A program made the translations under genes and the position numbers. Below are positions 25,400 to 37,970 of a DNA stretch of 64,000 nucleotides, one piece after another. The notes beneath the pieces were generated by a model. That model did no database searches. It saw only the letters and a list, made by a program, of their open reading frames with translations, and had not been told where the DNA came from. Source of the stretch: Leucoraja erinacea. Its lineage: Eukaryota. Location of the stretch: NCBI RefSeq assembly GCF_028641065.1, contig NC_073387.1:12524001-12588000 (forward strand), given 5' to 3'. Each line of letters starts with the position of its first letter. Within the stretch, counting starts at the first letter, position 1.

Positions 25400-26130
25400 T
25401 AAAACATAGAGCAGTTCAGCACAAGAACAGGCCCTTCAGCCCACAATGTCTGTGCTGAAAACTATGCCAGGACCATCTCTTATGTACCTGTGCATAATAC
25501 ACATCCCTCAATTCCCTGCATATCTATATACCGATCCTAAAACCTCTTAATGCCATTATCATATCTGCCTTAACCACCAACCCTGGGAGTGCATTCCAGG
25601 CATTTGCCCCCCTCTTAAAGAAACTTGCTCCACACATCTCCTTTAAACTTTGCCACTCACTATAAATCTATACCATGTAGTCTTTTATTTTTCCATCTGG
25701 GGAAAAGGTTCTGACCATCTACTTCATCTGTGCATCTCATAATTCCACTTACTTCTACCAGGTCTCCCAACAGCATCCAGTGCTCCAGAGAAAACAATCA
25801 AAGTCTATTCAACTTCTTCCAGTAGCCAATACTCTCAACCAGACAATATTCTGGTAAACCTCTTCTGGACCCTTTCCAAAGCCTCCTCATCCTATCTGCA
25901 AATGGGGGTGACTGGAAATACACGCAATATTCCAAATGTGACCTAATGGCATTTCCATAAAAACTGCATCATGACATCTTGACTCTTGTACACAATATGT
26001 TAATTAATGAAGGCAGCTATGCCATACAGTATGCTATCTTTACCACTGTCTGCTTGTGATGCCACTTTCAGTGAGCTATGGACTTGGTCTGTAGATCAAT
26101 GCCATTAATTGTATATTTTCCCCTTGCATG
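25400..26130 (-). mobile_element. Old CR1 LINE 3' fragment
   Basis: Degenerate reverse-strand CR1 ORF2 end and 3' UTR. Confidence 0.65.
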
Positions 26131-28684
26131 TTAAAAACACTGACTTTTTGCTAAAAGCCACTGTACAAATACCAGAAGTTGATAGAATGAAGCAGAGGTA
26201 CCTGTTGGATGCATCCTGCAGAATACTTTTGACAGCTTGGGCCAAGTGTACCTTGGTTTATCAACATGTGTAAAAGGTCAACCACAGCAGAGAGATGCAC
26301 CAATATTTATAAAAATCAGGCTTTATTTGACAAGTCATGTAGGGATAGTTCAGTTTACTCTGCAATGTGTGCTACACTTATTATTGGCTCACTGTACAAG
26401 AATCACCAAGCACTTGTGAATGATAAGTATTCTATTTCCCCATCATATTTTACCAGGGAGTGTAAAATTTAAACAATAAATGGCAATTTGTAAAATTAAT
26501 GAAAGTGCAACTACATAACGAGGGAAAAAAATGATTATTGAACTCGTGTCTCATTGTCATTAAAATCAAACATGTCATGATAACTAGGTTTATTTTATAG
26601 TCTTACAATTGAATACCTACCAATACATGGTTGTCCAGGCTGAGCAGGTGAATGCATCCCATGGTGTTTTGTGGTGGATGGGTTCCAGGTTTTAATAGAT
26701 GCTTCTACAATGGCAGTAAATCCAAGATAAAGTGTCAGGAAAATTCCCAATTAGCCTTAAATACAAACCCAAATTGATTGGAAAGGAATGAGTTTGTAAC
26801 AAAATGTAAATAGTGAAAAATCATCCATTCTCCTTTCCATTTTTAGAAAAGTGCAGAAATCAATAACATTGATTGTGCTGGTGCCCCCCCAAGTAATCAC
26901 AAACATTTATCATTACAAGTTATGCCAAATAACAAGACTCTGGAATGAAGAGTTACTTTAATGTATAGTTCAAATCAGAAGGCAATGAGTCATTTCCTTC
27001 AGTGTAGAGGGATGAAGTTGTGCAAGATGAAAGTTAAATATAACAAATGCGTGCATTTACAGGAAAGGTTCTCTGCAGGAAGCTTAAGTCCATGCTTACA
27101 TTATAGAATTACTTGTGAGATTGATCAAGGCATTAATTAACACTAATAAAAACAGTAACACAACAAACTCAACTGGATACAGAGCTGCTCACCCCAGTGC
27201 AGTTTCATGTTAAAGTCAGCATTTACAAATCTGCCTGTGCTTTGGTGTTATCCATAACTGCTTCCAGAAACACCATTAATCTAATTGCAGGAACACCATG
27301 AGCAATACGTTTAGGCACTTGCTCCACTTTCAGAAATGCAAGTTAGCTTGGGCAATTTCCCTTGGCACACTAACACAGTTTCACATTATATTCAACACTA
27401 CAACCACGTTCAGGATCTGACACCTCATGAACGGTGAAACAATCCAGTCTCCTCTGCGTACATTATGAATCAGTCCCTGCATTTGAAAATGCAATCATTA
27501 ACATGGTGGGAACTCTAATCCACCGTGACAGAAAATGCTGAATTTATCCTCCAAGGCCATTCACTTACCCAGGAAACCTTCAAATGGGAGAAAAATATAT
27601 ACCCTGTTTACATGCAATTCTGATTGAAGTCCTTATCTATTAAAGGTAGGAAATAAGCTAGCAAGTCAATAACCTAATAATTGACATATTTACTTAATAA
27701 TTGACCAGTCTGAAGAAGGGTCTCAATCTAAAACGTGACCTATTCCTTTTCTCCAGAGATGCTGTCTGACCTGGAGTTACTCCAGCTTTGTGTCTATCTT
27801 TGGTTTAAACCAGCATCTGCCGTTCCTTCCTATACATCTCTAATAAATCCATCGAGTCCTTGTTGCCAGAGGGTCAATTAATTGGTAATTGCCATCTGCC
27901 CTTTGATTTTCCCTCCCAAATTAATGACATTGAACGTTTAACTAACAATTGTGGCCATTGCACATGCTGGACAGGTTTGCAAATCCTCCTAATCCGTTTC
28001 CTATTCCTTAATGGGTTGTGCTGTATCTCTATTGACCAGAAGTCCTGAACAATTGAAGGTTGTAGGAATAAGAATGGATTTGGAATGCACTTAAAGAGAA
28101 AAGTTAACGCTAGGGTGGAAACTGGGAGAATCAAAGTGGCGAGTTAGTTTCCGGGCTTCATCATCAAGCAGTTGATAGATTTAAGGTATAATGGAAATCC
28201 AGAGATAGTCAGGATAATGGGATACAGCTGGTGTTTTAACAGTTGACAGGTTCTATTTGGGTCCAGGCTCAATGAATGAATATATGATGAATATAGCCTC
28301 TGATAATCCAGGTGAATCTACAGTAGGAGTCAAATCCAGGGTCTTCTCATTGGAGCCAGTGGCACGAATGCATTTACAATTTAAAAAACATAGCAGAGAT
28401 CATTACTCGAGAGCTGATGCAAAGTTTCTTCTGCCTTATCGCTATAACCTTCAAATACAATTTTAACAAAGAATTGTTTTATGTTAACCAGACCTTCAAG
28501 AAAAGGGTGTGGAGCTCAGAAATCAGGTCCTAATCCACAAGTACTGTTGACTCATGTGCTGAAATACTGAACCTGGAGAAAGGCTTGTTTGTTCCTGATA
28601 ATCAAAACTGACGATGCTGGAAATCTAAAATAAAATGTTGTCAATATGCAGGTCAGGCCACATCTGTAGGATAAGTAACATAAT

Positions 28685-28972
28685 TTAGTTTGGAGATACA
28701 GCATGGAAACAAGAATCCGGTCCACACTAACCATCGATCACCCAGCCACATTAGTTCTATGTTATCCCACCTTCCCACATATTAGGTGCAATTTACAGAG
28801 GCCAAATAGTCTCCAAACCAGCACACCTTGAGTTTGGGAGAAACCTGGAGGAAGCCCTGGACTCACAGGTAAGAACGTCCAAACTCTGTACAGTCAGCAG
28901 CAGAGGTCAGGATCAAAGCTGAGTTTCTGGCCCCGTGAGGCAGGTCTACCATCTGCACCACTGTGTCACCCC
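28685..28972 (-). mobile_element. Decayed HE1-type SINE
   Basis: Reverse complement SINE head and tail. Confidence 0.65.
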
Positions 28973-29435
28973 ATTAGTTAGTTCCCCACCTCCTTCCCAG
29001 TGATGGCGTCACATACTCTAAACTCAGTTATTTTGTTATTGTACCAGTCCAGATTACAGTACAGTTTTGCACCATCCTGATATTTTCCACTCATCATTGC
29101 ATTTATCATCGCTGTTTGTATATATAACATTTACTCAGATTTCATTGCACCCTTCTGGAGAAGACAAAATAACCAGAATTTGATTCAACACTGGTTCAAA
29201 TTGATTCAACCAGTCACAAAGGTTGAGAAGATAACTATCGTTTCCATCATCTCCACGGCTAAATACTTCAGTTCCTTGGCTTGTCATTCATCAGATCCTG
29301 GAGATTGTTAGTGGTCAGTTCCACATCCCTACCACCTTAAGTAAAAAATACCAATTGCCTCTGATTAGCTGATTATAGAGTGCTGATTCCCTCCCATTTT
29401 TATGAGGTTTTTTTGCATTCTCTTTAAGAACATGT

Positions 29436-29661
29436 TTTAGCGGTCTGAGAAACGACTACTGGAGTTTAACAGATCTTTATTCGAAAGTTCAAGTTGCAGC
29501 ATCCAGGCTTATCAGACACGTCTGCCCACAACGGTGGTCAGCGCTGAACTAATGCGCACAAGGGAAAAACTGGGCGAAAACAACAGCCCTTCCCGAGTCA
29601 CGTGACCACGGCTTCCGAACGCCAGGTTCGATATCTGCGTGCGCTAGCAGGCGCCGCTACA
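29436..29661 (-). repeat. 3' LTR of the Gypsy element
   Basis: Aligns along its length with 36001-36225; adjacent to the PPT. Confidence 0.9.
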
Positions 29662-29815
29662 TGGCCTCCCCGGAATCCGCGGTACGGAAATGCACGGGCA
29701 AACGGACGGTACATCCGGAACGCATAGTCTGAGGTCGCGGGGCGAGGGTAACATTTGGGACCGGTAAAACAGTACCGGAGGGACGCGAAAAACGCGAATG
29801 AGGGACTGTTATGCG

Positions 29816-30339
29816 CTCGCTCTGCTGGTGTTATAGGGCACTCACCTGTTTCTGTTTTCTCCTGAGTGCAGGCGTGGCTGTGAGTCAGGAATCACGGGGT
29901 TGAAGGCTCCTGTACCCAATTGGCCAAGCTGCGTCAGGTGACGGGCGACTGATCTGAAGCTTAAATACCAGAATCTCCCAGGATTCTTTCTCTTCTTCGT
30001 CGACCCTGACCTGTGAGCAGTCTGCTGGTGTGAGCTGCAGAAGGCCTGGCCACATGGCATAGAACTTTGTGTACTTTCACCATTCCCTGTTAACAAATAT
30101 TGAATTGGGACGGATAAGGGCTGACCTTAGTGTTTTTGTGTATTTTGTTTCAGGGTTATATCTCTTTAGGCAGGTTTTAGAGTCTCCGGTTCGACGGTCC
30201 ATCACGTGGCTGGCTGGAGCATTGTTAAATTGTTTGTCAGTTCATCCATATCCCTGACTGGGTTGTTTGAATCAGGTTTGGGTTTTCGTGTTCCATTGAA
30301 TAATTAAAACTATTTTTGAACCTGGTTTTTTTTGAATTA
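29816..30339. mobile_element. Unclassified 524-bp insertion in the Gypsy 3' region
   Basis: Flanked by tgttatgcg (29807-29815) / tgttacgcg (30340-30348); composition differs from the CpG-rich host element. Confidence 0.55.
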
Positions 30340-30790
30340 TGTTACGCGGCTCTGAAGTACCTGCATTCGGGAGTCGTAACAGGAACAGGCGTAACAAAGG
30401 GGACCGGAGATACCGGAGGCAACAGGTGCAGAGGGCGGCAAAACAGCAGGTGGACGTCCTCTACACCGTGGAGTAGCCACTGTCACTGGGCTATCCTCGT
30501 CAGCCTGTGCAGGCTTAAGGCGGCTCACGGAGACAAACTCTTCCTTACCACCCATGTCCAACATGAACGTCGAGACACCTGTACGGACCCTCGTATACCC
30601 GCTGTAACGGCGAGCGATGAGCGTCTCTATGGAGAAAAACACAAGCACAATCCCGTAACATAGTAGGCACATGTACCGAAGACAAACCATGCCGGGAAGT
30701 GGGAACCAGGACCAAAGCGTGCACCCAATCGAAGGTCCGCCAACAACTGCGAGGTGGAAACCTCCTGGTCTGGAAGGACAGGCAAGATCT

Positions 30791-31540
30791 TAGCGGTGGC
30801 GCGACTCGCCCGTTGCAGCGGCCCCTACAGCCTGTCTGTCTTTTTTAACATTTTTTGTCTAGATAAATGTAGTGTTGGTGTTTTTTTTAACACTTGTTTT
30901 AAATGTATATATGTGGTGGGGAGGGGGGGGGGGGGGGGGGCTGCGGAGCTGTGGACTACTCACCATCGTGGGGCTGGCCGGCCTCTGAGCGTGGGGAGCG
31001 GTGGTGACTCACTGCTGCAACTCGACTCCTGGGGCTCGGAGGCTCCAGCAACACAGCCGCAGGTCCGGTGGACTGGGACATCGGGAGCTCGCGGGTCCGG
31101 GGGGGAAGAGACCGCTTTCCGAAGCTCCCGCAATGCGACTTCTCCAGCCTGTGTCGCGGGGTTGGAACGACCTGGAGCGGGGCCGTACATCGCCCGGCAC
31201 GGCTTCATGGCCATGGGACATTACAGCGCCCACCGGGGGCTCCAACATTGTGACTTTTAGATCGGGAGCGGGGCCGTAAATCGCCCGGCATGGCCTAAAA
31301 TGGCCGTGGGACTTAGCATTGCCCGCCTGGGGCTTGGACATCGGGAGAGAAATGAAAAACAGGGGAGAGAAAATACTTTGCCTTCCATCACAGTGGGTTC
31401 AGTGTGATGGATGTTTGTGTGAATTAAATTGTGTGTATGTCTGTAGGAAATTGTCTTTGTTTGTATGGCTGTGGAAACAGTATTTCGTTTGAGCCTCACT
31501 GAGGCTCAAATGACAATAAATGGTATTGTATTGTATTGTA
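30791..31540 (+). mobile_element. Non-autonomous retroposon with Rex1-like 3' end, inserted in the Gypsy integrase
   Basis: gccttccatcacagtg...tttgagcctcactgaggctcaaa-TGACAATAAA-(ttgta)n; internal ~80-bp duplication; splits the integrase reading frame. Confidence 0.7.
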
Positions 31541-31559
31541 ATACATCACCTGGAACCTG

Positions 31560-34170
31560 CAAAACCGAGCCATAAACCAACTCGGCCGAAGAGGCTTTGA
31601 GGTCCTCCTTAGGCGTTGTTCTGATGCCGAGGGGGACTCAAGGTAACTGGTTGACCCAATCAGGGCAGGCGAGTCGGGCTTTTAACACCGACTTAAGGTG
31701 CCGGTGGAACCGCTCAACCAACCCATTGGACTCCGGGTGATAAGCGGTAGTCTGGTGCAGCTTCGCCCCGTACAGCTGCGCCACACCACACCACAAAGAC
31801 GTGAATTGGGCCCCCCTATCGGTGGTAATATGCGAAGGGACCACAAAACGAGCGATCCACTGGGATACCATGGCCCTTGCGCATGCATCAGCAGAGGTAT
31901 CCGCTAATGGGATTGCCTCCGCCCACCTGGTAAACCTGTCTACGATAGTCAGTAAGTGGGTAGCCCCGCGTGAACAAGGCAAAGGACCTACCAGGTCTAC
32001 GTGGATGTGCAGGAACCTGCCGTCCGGGATGGCAAAATCAGGACTGAAGCTGGTCGATGGCACGTGTCTCTGCATTTTAGAGGCCTGGCATGGGATGCAG
32101 GAGCGAGCCCATGCTGCGACTTGCTTCCTTAACCCGTGCCAGACGAACTTCGCCGCGACCAAGGGAGAGGTGGCGCAAATGGACGGGTGCACTAGGCTGT
32201 GGATGGTGTCGAAGATCTGACGCCGCCAAGCGACCGGGACAATAGGACGGGCTCTACCGGTGGAAATACCACAAAGTACTTGCACGCCGGAGGCGCCACA
32301 TGGCACTTCGACCAGCGTCAGTCCCGATTCAGCATTGCAATAAATCTCCATACCGGAATCTGCCCATTGGGCGGCTCCCAGCTCCTGGTAATCAACGCCA
32401 AGACTAAGCGCTGAAACTTCGGGCAGCGCGGGACGGGACAATGTGTCGGCCACAACATTCAGCTTCTCTGCCACATGCCGAATGTCAGACGTGAATTCGG
32501 AAATGTAGGCGAGGTGCCGTCTTTGTCAGGCAGACCAAGGGTCAGACACCTTGGTCAAAGTGAATGTTAGCGGCATGTGGTCAGTAAACACAGTGAACGT
32601 ACGCCCTTCCAGGAAATAACGACAATGGCGGATTGCTAGGTAAAGTGCAAGGGGCTCCCTGTTGAAAGCGCTGTATTTAACTTCATGGGCTCGCAGTTGC
32701 CTGCTGAATAATGCCAGCGGCATCCAGCGATTACATCTACGCGCTGTTCGAGGACGCCGCCTACCACGACGTCTGAAACGTCCATGGTGAGTGCCGTTTG
32801 GGCTGACACCATAGGGTGTTCCAGCATAGTTGTGTTGGCCAATGTGGTCTTTGCACCCTCGAACGCCTTCTGTGCCTCCTTGGACCAGACCAGGTCCTTA
32901 GCCTGAACCCGCTGAGTTTCTCCAGCATTTTTGTGTACTAGGTCCTTAGGCTTACCGGCCAGGCATTGAAACAACGCCCGCATAATGGCGGCTGTAGATG
33001 GGACGAATCGGTGGTAGAGGTTAACCATCCCGATAAACTCTTGCAGACCCTTGACTGATAGAGGCCTGGGGAAGCGACGGATAGCGTTGACTTTCTCGGG
33101 CAGTGGCTGCGCTCCGTGAGAGGTGATGCTATGACCCAAGAAAGAAATGGAGCGCATTCCGAACTGGCATTTCTCAGGGTTGATCACCAACCCGTGTTTG
33201 CGCAGCCGTTCGAAAAGTAGGCGGAGGTGCTTGGCATGCTCCGCCTGCGAGCTCCTGACTACCAGGATATCATCCAGGTAGATAAAGATAAACGACAAAC
33301 CCCGGCCGACCCGATCCATTAGTCTTTGGACGCCTGAACAGCATTGTTCAAGCCAAAAAGCATTCCGAGCCATTCAAACAGGCCGAAAGTGGCCGTTTTA
33401 GGGACGTCATCGGGGTGGACCGGCGGATTATACCCGCGGATAGTCGCACCTTCCAGATGAACCGTGAAATCCTGGATGTTCTGGACTGGATACCAATCGG
33501 CTGTAGTTACTGCGATCAAACGCCTGTAATCGACGCAAGGTCTCCAGCCCCCAGACACTTTGGGCACCGTGTGTAATGGGGAAGCCCAAGGGCTATCTGA
33601 CCGACGGACAATCCCCATGTCCTCCATAAGTTGGAACTAGTCTTTGTGCGATGTGCAGTTTATCAGGCGGGGGACGGCGCGCGCGGGCGTGTACCGGTGG
33701 TCCCGCGGTGGGAATGTGGTGGGCCACGCCATGATGGGGCACGGCCCCGTCGAACCGGGGCGTGAGCAACCCTGGAAAGTCGGTGAGCAGGGCTGCGAAA
33801 GGTTGCTGGATCTCAGCTACCTTGACAAATTGCTGTAGGGGCGTTGACTGATTGCGCTGCTTGGCCGGGCGTGGGTTCGACACAGGGACCATACGACCAC
33901 CTCGCACATCAACTAACAGGGAGAACTCGCGCAAGAAATCGGCCTCCAGGATCGGTTTGGGCAACGTCAGCAACGATAAACTTCCACATGTACTGGTGGG
34001 AGTCGAAATTTAGATTCGCGGTCCGCGTACCATAGGTGCGAATATCGCTCCCATTAACAGCCGAGATGACGGTCCCACCTTACCAGCACGAACGTCCTGG
34101 GTGTTGGAGGCAGAATACTAGCATGTGCACCGGAATCCACCAGGAAACGGTGACCGGAAAGGCAATCGCG
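31560..34170 (-). pseudogene. Gypsy pol (PR-RT-RNase H-IN), multiply frameshifted
   Basis: ORFs 33593..33973, 33319..33627, 32636..33373, 32526..32723, 31638..32474 carry successive pol motifs in different frames. Confidence 0.9.
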
Positions 34171-34787
34171 GATGAAGAAGCGTACGTTGGGGCCGATCGC
34201 GTTCGCCTTTATGGACGATCAGCCGGGACATTTCCCGGAAACGAACAAGGGTTCCGACATCTTCGGGCTTCAGATCCGTATCATTGGTGGTAGTAGCACC
34301 ATCTGTTGACTGTAGACCACTGGTCGCGGCGGTTCCTCTTCGACGCTGGGCTGGGTCTTTTCTACTTGATGTCAGCTCGGCTGCACGCATTGTGTGACCA
34401 GGGGACGGGCGACAGCGTAAACGTCCCGCCGTCTGTGCGCCCACAGTTCGTTGGCTCTTTCCGTGAGCCGCTGAAATGGGCTCCCACTAGCATCAGCTGT
34501 ACTTCGTTGGCCATCTGCTCTAAGAACGCCTGTTCAAAAAGCAGACAGGGGCAGTGCCTGTCCATCAGGGCTAACATCCTTGCCATGATCGTCGATGGCC
34601 TTCGGTCGCCGATGCAGTCCATATGTAGTCCTGTAAGACCGTAAGCGTGAAATAACAGGGCCTTCAACCCTTCGTACTTGCCGCTGGACGGAGGGTCTCT
34701 GATATAGGGCAACAGCCTCGAGGCAGTCCTGTGGTGATACTCCTACCACATGAAAATACATAGTGTCATCGTGGTCGATGCTGTGTA

Positions 34788-35827
34788 TAGCAATGTTACA
34801 AAATTTTGAGATTTGAAAAATCAAGTCTGCAATTTATCCCATCAGATAAAGCATAAAAAGAAGTTTAATTTGACACCTAATTCACTTTCATATCTCAAGT
34901 AATAAAAACGTTATGGCCATTTTCATACTCGGAAATTAGCATCTCGTTCCTTATTGATTTTCTATGGACATAACAAAAAAGCTGTGACCATGGACAGTCA
35001 AAAGCCCATAACCTTCTTAAAAATTAAGAGAACTGAATGAAATTTTCAGTTATCATAGATTGAACCATTCTGAAACAAATATAAAATAATCTTACTTGGA
35101 TGACCTGAAATTAAAGCATATAATTAGTTAGTTACCCAATTGTAGCTAATTTCAAACTTCAATTACTAGATCTAAACATCTATCCATTTCTTAATAAATG
35201 ATTAACATTTTTAAATAGCCTAAGTGTCCAAATAATATTCACAAATAATTCACAATAAAACATGATTTTTAAATCTCATTTACATCAATTTATAGGCCAA
35301 ATGGAAGGAATTTAGTGTTCAATTGCAGTAAATTAAAGTCCATTTTAAATCAGCTTTCTAGTGGGATCCTGTGAACGCGCTGGTTTAGAACGTTCACATT
35401 GCGCTGGATTTGTGCCCTCAAATGCCCAGAAAAATACTGCGGGATATAAAGAGCCCAAAATGAACTACTCGCTATAGTAAACTTTGTATAAAGGGGTCTT
35501 AAGAAGCCCCTTCTAATGTAAAAATAAGGTACATACCTTTAATTGTTTGCTTTATAAAACCCTGGGGCTGCGAGAGGTCACGGGTTGAGAGAGTGATTTT
35601 AAAACTATTATAACTATTATTCGAGGCCTATAAAACTAATAATACCTTTTGCGACCGGGTCTTTCAGCGATTTTTCATTAATGATTTACTAGGCTGAACA
35701 TCTTCGATTGGAACAGCCTAGTAAAAATCGCATTTTAAACCCGCCCCCTCTAAACAGCGCCAAAATCACACACACTGGCTGGGGCAGATTCTCAGCGATG
35801 ATTCAGGTAGGTTTTGCAACATACCTA
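34788..35827. mobile_element. Non-autonomous DNA transposon (~1.04 kb), copy 2, inserted in Gypsy gag
   Basis: Ends TAGCAATGTTACAAAA ... TTTTGCAACATACCTA; TSD CTGTGTA (34781-34787 and 35828-35834); inverted relative to 1869-2911. Confidence 0.92.
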
Positions 35828-36000
35828 CTGTGTAGATGAAACTGTGCCTCCACATGGGCGAACCACACCGGAGGTTGATCAGGCCAAAAGGCTGGCAGTT
35901 TGAAGGCTGGTGCACCATGCCTAGTGCTGGCCGATTCTGCGGGAACACTCTCCCTGCATAATTCTTCTTGTCTAACAGCTAGACAGGTCGGGGTCACCAA

Positions 36001-36225
36001 TTTAGTGGTCTGAGAAATGACTACTGGAGTTTTCAACAGATCTTTATTCGAAAGTTCAAGTTGCAGCATACAGGTATATCAGACACGTCTGCCCATAACG
36101 GTGGTCAGCGCTGAACTAATGCGCGCAAGGGAAAAAACGCGCGAAAACAGCCCCTCCCGAGTCACGTGACCACAGCTTCCAAACGCTGGGTTCGGTATCT
36201 GCGTACGCTAGCAGGCGCAGCTACA
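36001..36225 (-). repeat. 5' LTR of the Gypsy element
   Basis: Followed on minus strand by PBS TGGTGACCCCGAC at ~35987-35999. Confidence 0.9.
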
Positions 36226-37554
36226 CAGTTTAATATCTTTCTGCCATTTCTTCGTGTCCATGTGTGAATGCAAAAGATCTACATTTGCCTTCACTAATCT
36301 TTTGATCTTTACATTTGCATCTTACATTACATTGGCACATCTTCCCACTCCTAAATTTTTGTTTTTCCTTTACAAAATTCTAAACTGTCCCCAGTATTTA
36401 AGCCAGCTGCATTTGTTCTAGCAATTTAACTGCATGAAGCTTCAACTGTTAGCTACATCTAGTTTTTTACTTAAAGAAATATCATGTCGCAACAATTTGC
36501 TTGGGTCCCGTTATCCAAGTTAATTTCTGGATCGATGCAAATATCACTTGTATTAAATTTGTGTATAGCTTCAGCTAACCTCACCCACCGATTACTGGTG
36601 TGTGCAGTTACAAGATACAAACTTGGCTGCCACATTTCCTTATAATTACGTGCAGGAAAACAGATATCAAATACTGCTGAGGTCCTGATAAGCAAGTTTT
36701 TAATTTGCAAGTCTATCTCCCTGGGTTTGAACTTCTTGCCCTTTACAATATTCATCAACACATGTACCTTAAGCTTTTCATACCAACATTTATTGCAATT
36801 CAGACATGAAATTGCAGAACTGGCTTACACAAAAGTGCTGAAGTAACTTAATGGATTAGATAGCATCTTTAAGTCATTGATCGGCAATGTTTCAGGTTGG
36901 AACCCTATTTTAGACTCAAGAAACGTCATGTATCCACATTGTCCAGAGATGCTGCCCGACCAGACAAGTTACTCCAGCTCTATGGCTTCAATTACAGTTC
37001 AACCAACTAACAATACTTTTGTTCCCCCCACCAGTCTAGTACGATCAGTTAATAACCATAGCAGCTTCACCAGGCACCGCATTTGTAACAATGTCCAACT
37101 ACACTCTACTTCACAATCCTTATCCATGCTTTTGTTACATCTAGTCTAGACATTCATGGCCAGTCTCACTAGTTTTCACAAACTGGATTTTTCCAAAATT
37201 CAATTTTTTAGCATCCTAGTGATCCACAGCACAAGAGTAGTCTTTCTTGGACAAGAACACTTAAGCAAGACTATACCTGTAATAGGAACCAGTGTCTGGT
37301 CTCCCAACCAAGGGAAGCATACAAGTGCAGCAGAGTGAAAATACTTTTCTCATGTTGATTGGTGTGGGAGGAAAGGAAAATATATATATATTTTATTCAT
37401 CATTCAAGAGGTAGAAGGGTCACTTGAACATGTGTGGACACCATTTTTTGGATATTAAGAGAATCAAGGGATATGGAATGAGTGCACCAAGACAAAGTTT
37501 CTTCCCAACACCCTCCCACTCCTCACCGTATATCAATATCTCAATGATAATATT

Positions 37555-37970
37555 ACCATATAACAATTACAGCACGGAAACAGGCCATCTCGACCTTTCT
37601 AGTCCGTGCCGAACACATAATCTCCCCTAGTCCCATATACTTGCGCTCAGACCATAACCCTCCATTCCCTTCCCATCCATATAACTATCCAATTTATTTT
37701 TAAATGATAAAAATGAACCTGCCTCCACCACCTTCACTGGAAGCTCATTCCACACGGCCACCACTCTGAGTAAAGAAGTTCACCCTCATGTTACCCCTAA
37801 ACTTCAGTCCCTTAATTCTCATGTCATGTCCCCTTGTTTGAATCTTCCCTACTCGCAGTGGGAAAAGCTTTTCCACGTCAACTCTGTCTATCCCTCTCAT
37901 CATTTTAAAAACCTCTATCAAGTGCCCCCTTAACCTTCTGCGCTCCAAAGAATAAAGCCCTAACTCCCGT
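37555..37970 (-). mobile_element. CR1 LINE 3' fragment (young subfamily, near-identical to 41615-41925)
   Basis: LGLYSLERRRLRGHLIEVFK..TRGHDMRI. Confidence 0.9.

Larger units (their letters stand above)
29436..36225 (-). mobile_element. Gypsy LTR retrotransposon (CsRn1-like clade), full span but decayed, with nested insertions
   Basis: LTRs 36001-36225 and 29436-29661 (start TGTAGC on minus, contain AATAAA); PBS TGGTGACCCCGAC (tRNA-Trp); PPT GGGGAGGCCA; gag KLPAFWP..WFAHVEAQF and CHCC knuckle; protease FLVDSGA; RT YLDD; RNase H; integrase HVDLVGPLP..TDRGAQF..NGLVERFHR. Confidence 0.93.
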
